Below, in pieces: positions 37,398-47,442 of a stretch of 64,000 nucleotides of DNA. Position 1 is the stretch's first letter. Every line of letters begins with the position of its first letter. The translations under genes were made by a program, and so were the position numbers. Origin of the DNA: a virus; IMG/VR virus record IMGVR_UViG_3300032334_001019, positions 32,001 through 96,000 of that record; one strand, written 5' to 3'. The notes under the pieces are model-generated. The model made no database searches and was not told the DNA's origin. It was given only the letters and a program-made list of their open reading frames with translations.

Positions 37398-37820
37398 ATG
37401 AATAAGCGTTGCAATGTATGCGAATCCCTTATACATACTAAGACTACAGATAGAGCATTATGGTTTTGTGAGGATTGCCATTCTACATTTAAGTATCAAA
37501 GTGACAGATACAAGATAGCCAAGCAAAAGTTCACACAACTAACTAAGTTAGAGCGAGGCTGTGAGGCTGAGGGTGGTTGTGACTATACACAACAAGGACA
37601 AATGCTAAGTCATTACATGTTTGACTATGACCACATGAATCCTAAGATTAAAACTGCTGATGTGTCTGCTATGTGCGTCAATGGTAAGTGGTCATTTGAT
37701 GACATTAAAAAAGAGATTGCTCAATGTCGTGTATTGTGCAAGATGCACCACGCACTAGTAACAGAAAAGCAATGGCTAGACCGCAAAAAGTCAAAGGTGG
37801 GTGTACTAGTAAACGCTTAG
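37398..37820 (+). CDS. HNH-family endonuclease
   Basis: FDYDHMNP...EIAQCRVLCKMHH; N-terminal CxxC pairs. Confidence 0.7.
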   Translation: MNKRCNVCESLIHTKTTDRALWFCEDCHSTFKYQSDRYKIAKQKFTQLTKLERGCEAEGGCDYTQQGQMLSHYMFDYDHMNPKIKTADVSAMCVNGKWSFDDIKKEIAQCRVLCKMHHALVTEKQWLDRKKSKVGVLVNA

Positions 37821-37840
37821 TGGGTAGTAGTAGCATGAAG

Positions 37841-37883
37841 GTAGTGAGATTATGTGCTCACTATCTTTTTTGTTTTTTGTTTT
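37841..37883 (+). terminator. intrinsic terminator
   Basis: GTAGTGAG/CTCACTAT stem and long T runs. Confidence 0.7.
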
Positions 37884-38402
37884 ATAAATCATGTATCATA
37901 CATCTGGACAAAATATTCAGATTTTAGGCAAATTGGGTTTTACAAATTTTTTCAGATTTGCCAGGAATACGATATAATTATTATATGTCAGAAACTGTAG
38001 AAAACATTCTATATCCAGAAAACCTCGCTCTAAAAATATTTTCAGATTTTTGTTGCAACGGATGTTCATGCAAAACTGAAAAAGATCATCAATTAGATTG
38101 ATTTTCTGCAGAGATACGATCTCTCCAATATTGCTCAGTTAGCATACGCATGTTTGCGATATCTTCGTATTTTTCCTGGGTAGACTCATTAAGATCTTCT
38201 AAGTCACAGTTCATTAAGTATTGACGTAAATCCATTTTCTTACTCCTTATTGTTTTTAAATTTTGGCATCGGACGATATATCTCATGTATATCTAAATAA
38301 TGGACTATCGTCTGATGTGTAACATTACACTCTTCTGCTATTTGTTTGGCAGGTTTGCGTTGCGTAACATATTGGTCATATAACCAATTTTTGTCACGGT
38401 AT

Positions 38403-38588
38403 TTAGCCAATGACGCCATTATTCTTTAATATATCATACAACATTCCATTAACAAAGTCTAACTGTGTACGACCTGATGTGATAAATTCCTCTATCTGAC
38501 TTTCAGGGATTCCAGATTGCTGAGCGCCTTGACGATTCATATTATCAATTGCATCTGACATTAACTTTACTACTTCATCTCTATACAT
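38403..38588 (-). CDS. hypothetical protein
   Basis: Operon-spaced ORF. Confidence 0.6.
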   Translation of the reverse strand: MYRDEVVKLMSDAIDNMNRQGAQQSGIPESQIEEFITSGRTQLDFVNGMLYDILKNNGVIG

Positions 38589-38592
38589 TCTT

Positions 38593-38796
38593 TCACCATT
38601 TCTCTATTGGACATTTAGCCTGTTTTAAAGTTGACTTTAATTTCATAAAGCAACCACACTTTTTACATTTTGCAAGTCGTTTGTTAAACCACTCACACTC
38701 ATTACAGATTTTTAGGCGGGATTCAATGAGTTCACGATCTGATCTTGGCTGATTAGGATCAAATAAGTCACCAAAGGTAACATCACTCATTTCCAA
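38593..38796 (-). CDS. small Cys-rich protein (DUF6171-like)
   Basis: RLKICNEC...CKKCGCFMKLK......CPIEKW. Confidence 0.7.
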   Translation of the reverse strand: MEMSDVTFGDLFDPNQPRSDRELIESRLKICNECEWFNKRLAKCKKCGCFMKLKSTLKQAKCPIEKW

Positions 38797-39557
38797 TCCA
38801 CTTCCTGATCATATGTAACCGAATACTCCCCACCATATACTTCTGCATATGACATGATATCTCTATTATACCTTAAAACCGTATTGATACCAACTTTGTC
38901 AGCCATAAACTTCATACCCTTGGTCATAGGTAGGAATTCTACTGATCGTGTCTCTAAACCCTCATTGAGGGCTTCTAAATACCGTTTCTTTCCAAACCTC
39001 TTAGATGTTATAGACTGGTTTGGATATATCTCTCTTAGTGCATCATCTTTGTTTATTTCTTCTTCCCCGCTATTTATAATATAATCAACTGCCAAATGAG
39101 GCATACGTACTGCCCAATTTCGCATGTTATCGCTGTAAGAATTCATATTGCGTAGTGTTGAATCAGCGTATGCCATGCGTTCTAGGTCATATGGGGTCAA
39201 TAGAACCTCTGTTGCGAACGAAATTAAAAACGCCGTGGCGAAAGGGAACTTGTCGGTATAGGTTGTCACGCCGAACTCTACATTGGGATTAAAAGATCTA
39301 TGCGACATAAAATCTCCTATTAGGCGCATGTGGTTTCCTATCGAAACATAATTAGGATGATTCATATCGCAATCAACGAACAAGCAGTCATCTATTGTCA
39401 CATCTTCGGAAAGACATAAAACATTTTTATCGTATGTGCCGACGACTTTAGAACCGTTATATCGATTTAGTAACTCGGCGCAAAGTAGTCCATCCATATC
39501 TGGCGAGATGATAAGATTTGTTGAATGCTCTAGTGTCTTAAGAATTGCCGACTTCAC
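38787..39557 (-). CDS. DHH-like phosphoesterase
   Basis: ISPDMDG, FVDCD, GNH, ADS. Confidence 0.55.
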   Translation of the reverse strand: MKSAILKTLEHSTNLIISPDMDGLLCAELLNRYNGSKVVGTYDKNVLCLSEDVTIDDCLFVDCDMNHPNYVSIGNHMRLIGDFMSHRSFNPNVEFGVTTYTDKFPFATAFLISFATEVLLTPYDLERMAYADSTLRNMNSYSDNMRNWAVRMPHLAVDYIINSGEEEINKDDALREIYPNQSITSKRFGKKRYLEALNEGLETRSVEFLPMTKGMKFMADKVGINTVLRYNRDIMSYAEVYGGEYSVTYDQEVDWK

Positions 39558-40243
39558 TGCTGCGCCTTAAAATATTCATACAGTTCAATATCAAGTTGAT
39601 TGATATCTTCAATTTGATTCTTATATTTATCATATAACTCTTGGCTAATTTTTTGCGAGGAATTTACATGGGTTTCAATATCATCTGGTATATTCATATC
39701 AAGTATAGAGAATACCTTGGTATATAATTCTGTGTCAGAATATTGAAGCACTTGAATGTTGTTATTTGATAAATGTTCGATAACATCTTGTGCGTTAGTC
39801 TTATAGTCAACAAGGTTCCACCCCTTAAGAATCATCTCTCTCTGGTTATGAACATATCTGTTATACTTTTCAAGATTAAGAAATCCTGAGAAAAACTTAG
39901 AATGTTGATTTGACAGGTTTTTTCTAGTAATCTCATTATTTAAGAAAAGTGTAAAAGCATGGTCTATTGGCATGTGTGAATAAAAAACAGAAGCCATACC
40001 TTTTATATAACTAAATGTTCTTTCAACTGGATCTCTCATAATAGTAAATGTTTTATCAGCAAATTTTACTGGTGTATTAGAATAATGACCAGCGATGTAG
40101 TCAGCCTGTTCTAAACTATCAAGTGATATTGGATATTTATGTCCTGCTACTATATTTGAGTCTGGCTTTTGTTCCCGCAAATTTTGAACTATAAAAGTTC
40201 CAGATGTGCGTGGAACATGCATATAGTAAACACACTGTTTCAT
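39554..40243 (-). CDS. sulfotransferase family 2 protein
   Basis: YMHVPRTSGT, GHY, TIMRDPVERTFS, NQLDIELYE. Confidence 0.8.
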   Translation of the reverse strand: MKQCVYYMHVPRTSGTFIVQNLREQKPDSNIVAGHKYPISLDSLEQADYIAGHYSNTPVKFADKTFTIMRDPVERTFSYIKGMASVFYSHMPIDHAFTLFLNNEITRKNLSNQHSKFFSGFLNLEKYNRYVHNQREMILKGWNLVDYKTNAQDVIEHLSNNNIQVLQYSDTELYTKVFSILDMNIPDDIETHVNSSQKISQELYDKYKNQIEDINQLDIELYEYFKAQQ

Positions 40244-40276
40244 TTTTTAAAAAACTCCCCTTATAATAATCTAGTT

Positions 40277-40528
40277 ATGAATATCCAAGACTGGGCTTCC
40301 CTAATCGTAGCAATACTTACAATTGTATCATCAATAGCCTTTGCGATAAAGTGGTTGGTAAAACATTATCTCAGTGAACTTAAAACCAATGGTGGATCAA
40401 GTGTCAAGGATCAAATCAACAGGCTAGAAGTGCGAGCCAATGAAGCAGATGTAAAAATAAAAGATATGGATCGTAAATTAGATCACATGTATGATATTCT
40501 AATTGAGTATATCTCTAAATCTAAATAA
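40277..40528 (+). CDS. small membrane protein (holin-like/coiled coil)
   Basis: One TM, ELKTNGGSSVKD, coiled coil. Confidence 0.6.
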   Translation: MNIQDWASLIVAILTIVSSIAFAIKWLVKHYLSELKTNGGSSVKDQINRLEVRANEADVKIKDMDRKLDHMYDILIEYISKSK

Positions 40529-40721
40529 TTACTATATATATAATATATAAATATATAAACCACTAAAAGATAGTTCTTTTTTCTTATATATATTTAAGTA
40601 TACACCATCTCTTTTCTGATGACTTATTACATAATAGACAAAACGGACATAATAGACAATAACAATTTGATAACTTTAAATTTCAATGTCCAAATTATAC
40701 TGATATGATATACTTTAATCT

Positions 40722-40776
40722 GACTAGTACTCTGGTTTGTCTTTCATACCCACCAGCCTGAGTACTAGTCTTTTTT
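40722..40776 (+). terminator. long hairpin terminator or small RNA
   Basis: 11-bp stem GACTAGTACTC/GAGTACTAGTC followed by T6. Confidence 0.65.
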
Positions 40777-40793
40777 CATGGTATAATCTCAAT

Positions 40794-41174
40794 ATGAATC
40801 TTTGTGGTCCTGAAGTATTTGGAGCAGATCCTGCTCGTATCAAATGGCAAATCGTTAGAGGAGATACCTCACCTCTTAGAGTTGAATTTTTACAGGATGA
40901 TGAAATAACATATTTTGATACATCTGATTGGACATATGAGGCTACTTCTTATGATCCTCAGTCTGATGTTCTTGATTCCCTGGAAGTTACTGCTTCAAAT
41001 GGTTATGTTGATATTATGGCTCCAGCATCTATTACCCAGTATTGGGGTACTGGATATAAGTCAGTTGTAACAGAATTAACTTTTGACCTCCAAGTAACTA
41101 TTGATAATGATACTATTTGGACACCACTGATTGGAACTATCTCTGTACTTGGAGATATTACAGGTAGTCTATAA
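40794..41174 (+). CDS. baseplate/adaptor-like Ig-fold structural protein
   Basis: IVRGDT...FDLQV....WT...GTI.V..DIT; paralogous to 43848 and 49377. Confidence 0.6.
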   Translation: MNLCGPEVFGADPARIKWQIVRGDTSPLRVEFLQDDEITYFDTSDWTYEATSYDPQSDVLDSLEVTASNGYVDIMAPASITQYWGTGYKSVVTELTFDLQVTIDNDTIWTPLIGTISVLGDITGSL

Positions 41175-41260
41175 TGGCAGTAGTAAAAGTTACAACTCCA
41201 AGACCTGATTTGCCATCAGTAATTAGAATTAAAAATAAAACCTTTAAGGTAGGTAAATAA

Positions 41261-41536
41261 ATGACAACACATGCACTAACACAACTGAGTAACACAACTG
41301 CTACTCGTTTAACTCCAAATGGAGTACACTCTGGTATGGATGTAACTTTACAAAATGTAAATGCAGAAGCATATATCTATATTGGTGGAGAAGATGTAAA
41401 TTCAGAAAATTATGGATATAGAATTTCTCCTAACAATGCTTGGTCTGTAGAACTACCTGGCCAAGATGCACTATATGCAATTTCAGATACTAATGGTGCA
41501 TATATTGCAATCTTACAGATGGGGCTTGAAAACTAA
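41261..41536 (+). CDS. small structural protein
   Basis: Beta-rich; in tail module. Confidence 0.55.
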   Translation: MTTHALTQLSNTTATRLTPNGVHSGMDVTLQNVNAEAYIYIGGEDVNSENYGYRISPNNAWSVELPGQDALYAISDTNGAYIAILQMGLEN

Positions 41537-43056
41537 TGTCACGATTTACACAACCAGGTGGTGGAAGCGGATCTGGTACTCCAGGACCACAAGGACCACA
41601 AGGTCCACAGGGAGAACCTGGAGATGCTGGTGCACAAGGTGCTGCTGGAGATCCATTTGGTATTTACTATTTAGGAAATTACAATTCAGAGTCTGGATAT
41701 CTTCCAAACATTGCAGTAGTTAGAGGATCAGATGGACAACTATATCTTGCAAAAGCAAGTGGACAACTTGGTGATCCAGTTTATTATGAAGTTAATGGAC
41801 AATGGGAAGTATGGATTCCTAAAGGTGCAGATGGGGCAAATGGAGCATCTTCATATTTTCTTGGTACATGGAATAGTGTAGATGAATTTCTTGCAGTATA
41901 TCAAGGTGGTCCAATAGGATTAGCAGTAGGAGATTGGTGGGCTTTTGTAAAGGATAATGAAAACCCAAATAAAATTTATGTAGTTCGTGAAAACCCTGCT
42001 TCTTTAACTGGATGGGTAATTGATGATAACGAACATTTTGTCTTGCCTCAAGGACCAGCAGGTGAAAATGGAGCAAGCCCCTTTACTCTTGTAGGTGCAT
42101 ACGATAATGGTGTTTCATATAACTTAGGAATTGCTGTTTATTATAATGGCGGAACATATGTAAGAACTGGTAATCCACTTAATCCTGGATACCCTCCAAC
42201 AGTAGGCTCTGTAAATGCATCATGGACACCTCTTGCAGAAAAGGGGTATGATGGAAGCCAACTTAATTATTGGGATGGAACTGGCACACCTTTAAATCCA
42301 GCAGAAGATGGTTTCTTAATTATTGACGGTGTTGTTACTGGATTAGGACGGGGGCTATTAGTATCTGCTTCAGATAAAATTACAATAAATGCAAACAACG
42401 GTGAATTTTTAAATGATTCAAATGTTTCATCAAATCAGATTGCAACTATTGGAGATTTGCCAAACCTTTCATCATACGAAGGAGATATTCTTCCATCACA
42501 AGACAACCAATATGTTTTAGGTAATTCAGAAAATAGATGGAAGTCTATATCTATTGGTGAAGGAACTATTTATATTACTGACGCTACCCTGGGAACAGAA
42601 GTAGGGTTAACTATTGATGATGGTATTTTCTTTATTGACGGAATTGCACAAGCACAATTGCCTGATGTTAAAATTACAAACTTAACTTTTGCCGATAACC
42701 ACACTCAAACACACTCCTCAGATATTCTTCTCATCAGTCACCAAGATGGTAATCAGACACCATTTGAGACTGTTGATCTAACAAAACAAATTTTGGTAAT
42801 GAGTGACGGAACATGGACACTGCCAGATGGTGCAGAAGGACAGATCATGTATTTTGTTCAAGGAAACGGCGGGAGTGCTGAAGATTCATATCTTAATGTT
42901 GCACACTTAAAATACAATAATAATGGACTAGCAACACAAATGAATAATGGTGTATGGTCTCCATTTAATTATGAATCTGGACATGCACAAAGCCCAATGT
43001 GCACAGCAATATTTACTGATGGATATTGGTCATTTAGTAATGGAAGAAAACGATAG
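41536..43056 (+). CDS. collagen-repeat tail fibre protein
   Basis: GPQGPQGPQGEPG; G.ILP...Y.LG....RW. Confidence 0.7.
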   Translation: MSRFTQPGGGSGSGTPGPQGPQGPQGEPGDAGAQGAAGDPFGIYYLGNYNSESGYLPNIAVVRGSDGQLYLAKASGQLGDPVYYEVNGQWEVWIPKGADGANGASSYFLGTWNSVDEFLAVYQGGPIGLAVGDWWAFVKDNENPNKIYVVRENPASLTGWVIDDNEHFVLPQGPAGENGASPFTLVGAYDNGVSYNLGIAVYYNGGTYVRTGNPLNPGYPPTVGSVNASWTPLAEKGYDGSQLNYWDGTGTPLNPAEDGFLIIDGVVTGLGRGLLVSASDKITINANNGEFLNDSNVSSNQIATIGDLPNLSSYEGDILPSQDNQYVLGNSENRWKSISIGEGTIYITDATLGTEVGLTIDDGIFFIDGIAQAQLPDVKITNLTFADNHTQTHSSDILLISHQDGNQTPFETVDLTKQILVMSDGTWTLPDGAEGQIMYFVQGNGGSAEDSYLNVAHLKYNNNGLATQMNNGVWSPFNYESGHAQSPMCTAIFTDGYWSFSNGRKR

Positions 43057-43111
43057 AATTAACTGGTCTGGCGGAAACTGGTAATTTAAAATACAATGAG
43101 ATAATGTCGTT

Positions 43112-43840
43112 ATGGCTACTTCTAAATCTATGGATTTCCCTGGTGCAAAAAAATCTAGTTATGCTGCACAAGTAGAGCAAAGCCAAGCATCTACATATCA
43201 AGAAAACACTCTTTCATTCCTTCCAGTGCCAGGCCCAGTAGGACCACAGGGGCCTGCAGGTAGAGACGGCAAAGATGGAAAGCAAGGACCTGAAGGTCCA
43301 GAAGGAAAACAGGGTCCTAAAGGTTTACAGGGTCCAGCAGGAAAAGATGGCCTAAGTTCTCTATCATCTTCAGGACAGCAAGCAGGATGGGCTTCATATC
43401 ATAATAAGTCTCAAAAAGCATTTAAACTTGGAATTTCAGAAGGAGATGATGGGTGGGCAACAGTATTCATTATTTCTGATGATTCATCAAATGAAAAATT
43501 TTTACCTAAAGGCTGCACATCCTTATGGAATGATAATTCAAGATCTTTTAACTTTAAAGGTTTGGAAATCGGTGCACAAGTATTCATTACATATAGTTTT
43601 GAGTTGACTACATATAGTAGTAATACTGAAACATGGATTAGGACATATTCACCTAATAGTGACTTAGATGTTGCTCAATTTATAGGTTCTATGAAATATC
43701 AGCATACATACCCAATAACAGTTACTCAGCAAATATTCATAGAAAACCAAAAAATCTGGGGTAACGGGGCAATTCCTCAAATTAGAACAGATTATGATGC
43801 ATCAGTAATTCTTAAATCTGTATATGTCAGCGTGGTATAA
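43112..43840 (+). CDS. collagen-repeat structural protein
   Basis: Extended Gly-X-Y stretch. Confidence 0.75.
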   Translation: MATSKSMDFPGAKKSSYAAQVEQSQASTYQENTLSFLPVPGPVGPQGPAGRDGKDGKQGPEGPEGKQGPKGLQGPAGKDGLSSLSSSGQQAGWASYHNKSQKAFKLGISEGDDGWATVFIISDDSSNEKFLPKGCTSLWNDNSRSFNFKGLEIGAQVFITYSFELTTYSSNTETWIRTYSPNSDLDVAQFIGSMKYQHTYPITVTQQIFIENQKIWGNGAIPQIRTDYDASVILKSVYVSVV

Positions 43841-43847
43841 TAAAAGC

Positions 43848-44234
43848 ATGGCATTTCCAGGAGAATTAAATATCAATTATTATAAGGGTGATACTTATGA
43901 GTTTAATGTATTCCCAAGAAAAACAGACGGAACCAGTTTTGACCTTACTGGATTTATAAATGCAACATTTAAGATTGCTACAACTCGTGGCTCAGCAGGT
44001 GTAACAGCAGGACAAATTACTGGTTCTGCAAAAATATCAGATGATAAAAAACATATTGCTTGTGCTATTACACCAGCAAATGGTGATTTAATGAATGCTG
44101 GCACAACATATGTTTATGATATACAGGCATATTTGCCAACACCAGGTTCTTATAATAAAGTAATTACTTTTATAACTGGATCTATTTCAGTTACAGATGA
44201 TGTAACGCAAGGGTATGGAGATGCATCGGCGTGA
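43848..44234 (+). CDS. baseplate/adaptor-like structural protein
   Basis: YYKGDT, FDLTG, YVYDIQ, GSISVTDDVT. Confidence 0.6.
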   Translation: MAFPGELNINYYKGDTYEFNVFPRKTDGTSFDLTGFINATFKIATTRGSAGVTAGQITGSAKISDDKKHIACAITPANGDLMNAGTTYVYDIQAYLPTPGSYNKVITFITGSISVTDDVTQGYGDASA

Positions 44235-44827
44235 CAGATGTATTTGTATCCAGTGATTCATTAACAGTTATTGGCGGAACAGCGTCAGTAGATGTCAATG
44301 TAGATTACGGTCCACAAGGAGACAGAGGAAGTTCTTTTTTTGTTGGTTATGGAAATCCAAATTCAATTACACACACATCTTCATTACAAGTTTTAGACAT
44401 ATACATAAATGTTCAATCAACAGATGATGATTATTTGGTTATGTATCAATATCAACTTTCAGATGGAATTTTATCTTGGATTTCTATTGGTAAACTACTT
44501 ACAGATCAATTTAGTTCAAATCGTCAGTTAAGATTTGTAAATGGAGTTACAGAAAATTCAGTAGATTTTAATGTTGCAAATATTGTTCCAATGTCCATTT
44601 TGTCTAGTCTTACAAAAAATAACTTTAATGTTCAGTGTACATTTGTATCTGATAACCCAGTAGCAGCATCTACAGTAGTTGGTGATATTTATATAGATTC
44701 TTTAACTGGTAATACATATCTTCCAGTAGATATAAATGCTGCTGAATACTCAGAAGGGAATTGGGTTCCGCTGCACACTGGATCATCTCCATTGTCTAAC
44801 GTACATTTTTTTGTTACGGTGGTATAA
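44231..44827 (+). CDS. structural protein
   Basis: GPQGDRGS, G.P; tail module context. Confidence 0.6.
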   Translation: MTDVFVSSDSLTVIGGTASVDVNVDYGPQGDRGSSFFVGYGNPNSITHTSSLQVLDIYINVQSTDDDYLVMYQYQLSDGILSWISIGKLLTDQFSSNRQLRFVNGVTENSVDFNVANIVPMSILSSLTKNNFNVQCTFVSDNPVAASTVVGDIYIDSLTGNTYLPVDINAAEYSEGNWVPLHTGSSPLSNVHFFVTVV

Positions 44828-44845
44828 TCCTAATGGTGATATATT

Positions 44846-45298
44846 ATGGCTTCTGAATACATTGATGATACTGAAACTGGCACTGGGATATACCCAACAA
44901 AAATACCAGGGTACGAAGATGCTGCAGATATTCAAGAAGCATTAAAAATATATCACTATGGAACAACAACGATTCCACAAACAACAGGGGCAGTAGATTC
45001 AAAATCTGTTGCAGGACATTTATTATCATTAAGACAAGATCTTAATACAGAGATTGCAAGAGGAATTGGGTCTCAGATATCTAACTCAGCACCAGTATCT
45101 CCTGAAGATGGTTTTATTTGGGTAGATGCAGATACAGATGTTCCAGGTGTTGCAACATATTCAACTGCTGTGTATACAAATATTGCACCAACTACTGGAT
45201 TAACAAATGGGATAATCTGGGTAGAAAAAGGTTCTAGTCCATTAAAAATGTATGTATATAACAGCGATACATCTGCATGGGATGAGATTGGTGCATAA
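44846..45298 (+). CDS. structural protein
   Basis: AP...G.IWV repeats typical of fibres. Confidence 0.6.
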   Translation: MASEYIDDTETGTGIYPTKIPGYEDAADIQEALKIYHYGTTTIPQTTGAVDSKSVAGHLLSLRQDLNTEIARGIGSQISNSAPVSPEDGFIWVDADTDVPGVATYSTAVYTNIAPTTGLTNGIIWVEKGSSPLKMYVYNSDTSAWDEIGA

Positions 45299-47421
45299 TG
45301 ACAACATTTAGCAGCACTCCAAAACCAGCATATATTTATGATGAGGCATCTGATACTTGGTATCTTGTTAGTGGAATAGTAAATACTGCATATCCATATA
45401 CATGGACAGCGCCCAACACATTTGATGCTGTATTAACAGCAAAGGCTGGTGTTAATAATTTTGCAACATTAGCAGATAGAGATACTGCACTTGGACTAAC
45501 ACCAAGTAGTGGAGTTGTTTGTTTTGTTAGAGCAGATAATAGTTTAAACTCAATTAATCAATTACAGTATTTTGATGGCTCAAAATGGAAAACAATTCAT
45601 GATGCAACATTTGTTGATAAGTCATCAAACTATGTTATACAAAAGCATGATGTTAATAAAACAATTAAAGTTGGATCACCATCTGATTCGTCAAGCGGTA
45701 CAATAACTATAACTATTCCAAATAACTCAACTCAATCATTTGAAATTGGAAATAAAATTAATGTTGTTAGATATACTCCAAAACAAGTTTCTATTGTTCA
45801 AGGTTCTGGTGTAACAGTTTTTAGTAAATATAGTTCATTAGATATTGTTCCACAATTTGGAATGGTTGTACTTACAAAAATTGATACTAATTCTTGGTTG
45901 GTTACTGGAGATTTAGTTGGATCTATTCCATCAACACCAACTCCAACTCCAACTGCTACTCCTACCCCTACACCTACTCCTACAACTCCACCACCAATTA
46001 CAGATCCACCAATTACTCCAACACCTACCCCAACACCACCAATTACAGATCCACCAGTAACCCCAACACCTACTCCAACAGTAACCCCAACGCCTACTCC
46101 AACAGTAACTCCAACGCCTACGCCGACACCTACTCCTACACCTACGCCAGATAATAAATATTATTATACATATTGCTATGGTGGTCAGACTTATAATGGA
46201 AATTCAAGCGTTCTTAATTGTGCAGAAATTGAAGCCAACCTTGGAGAAGGATCAACCAGTTTTGCTTGTCAACAAGGATCTGCACCAACACCTGCAGTTT
46301 GTAGCGTAACACCAACGCCTACTCCAACAGCAACACCAATTCCAACTTGGTATTTCTGCTGTAGTAATGGCGCAGGTGGATCTGTATCTGCAGCAAATGC
46401 TGGAATAGCAGCAGGATTAGCAAGTACATGGTGTGCTAATGAAGAACCTGGAAATACTTTATCTGGTGGAGTTTATTCAACACCACAAAGTTGTAATTCT
46501 ATAACTCCTACACCAACACCGACTTCTACACCAACACCTACACCTTTAGATTGTTCTGACGCTGGATTCTTAAATCAAGCAGATTGTTTAGCATGTGGAT
46601 ATACCTATACAGGTGGAACTTGTTATGATACACCAAACCCTAGTGCAACACCTAATCCAACACCTACACCAACACCTACTCCTTTAAATTGTTCTGATGC
46701 TTCATTCTTAAACCAAGCAGACTGTTTGGCATGTGGTTACACTTACACAGGTGGAACTTGTTATGATACACCAAATTTCACTCCTACACCAACACCAACT
46801 GCAAGCCCTAGCCCTACCCCTTCTCCAACTCCTTCACCAAGCCCTAGCCCTACTCCAACACCAACTCCTACACCTACTCAAAACTGTACACCAATTTATC
46901 AAGGTATTGAAAATAGACAGTGCAATGGAAACTCAACACCAGTTGCAATTTATTTAAATCCATGTACTGGAGTTTATACTTGGAATTGCCCACCAGTAAC
47001 TCCTACCCCTACACCTACACAACCACCAGTAACACCAACACCTACACCTACACAACCACCAGTTACCCCTACACCTACACCAACACAGCCACCAGCAACA
47101 CCAACACCAACACCAAGTTGTAGTCCAAATCAAGGTAATTCTTGTTTAGGTCCTGATGGATGTGCTGGAACAATTGGATGTAATGGAATTTGTTCATGTA
47201 ATCCATCTCCATTTAGCGTCTTTAGTTTCTCACCATTTAGCGTATTTGGTTTCTCACCATTTAGCGCAGCCTTCTCAGTCTTTGGTTTCTCACCATTTGG
47301 CGCAGCCTTCTCAGTCTTTGGTTTCTCACCATTTAGTGCTGCATTTGGCGTATTTGGTTTCTCACCATTTAGCGCAACATTCTCAGTCTTTGGATTTGCA
47401 CCATTTACTGCACCAGACTAA
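45298..47421 (+). CDS. tail fibre-like protein with Thr-Pro linkers, Cys modules and C-terminal Phe-rich FSPF repeats
   Basis: Fibre-type N-terminus, (TP)n tracts, duplicated CSDA.FLNQADCLACGYTYTGGTCYD module, FSVFGFSPF repeats. Confidence 0.75.
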   Translation: MTTFSSTPKPAYIYDEASDTWYLVSGIVNTAYPYTWTAPNTFDAVLTAKAGVNNFATLADRDTALGLTPSSGVVCFVRADNSLNSINQLQYFDGSKWKTIHDATFVDKSSNYVIQKHDVNKTIKVGSPSDSSSGTITITIPNNSTQSFEIGNKINVVRYTPKQVSIVQGSGVTVFSKYSSLDIVPQFGMVVLTKIDTNSWLVTGDLVGSIPSTPTPTPTATPTPTPTPTTPPPITDPPITPTPTPTPPITDPPVTPTPTPTVTPTPTPTVTPTPTPTPTPTPTPDNKYYYTYCYGGQTYNGNSSVLNCAEIEANLGEGSTSFACQQGSAPTPAVCSVTPTPTPTATPIPTWYFCCSNGAGGSVSAANAGIAAGLASTWCANEEPGNTLSGGVYSTPQSCNSITPTPTPTSTPTPTPLDCSDAGFLNQADCLACGYTYTGGTCYDTPNPSATPNPTPTPTPTPLNCSDASFLNQADCLACGYTYTGGTCYDTPNFTPTPTPTASPSPTPSPTPSPSPSPTPTPTPTPTQNCTPIYQGIENRQCNGNSTPVAIYLNPCTGVYTWNCPPVTPTPTPTQPPVTPTPTPTQPPVTPTPTPTQPPATPTPTPSCSPNQGNSCLGPDGCAGTIGCNGICSCNPSPFSVFSFSPFSVFGFSPFSAAFSVFGFSPFGAAFSVFGFSPFSAAFGVFGFSPFSATFSVFGFAPFTAPD

Positions 47422-47442
47422 TCATTATGATATACTTTTAAG

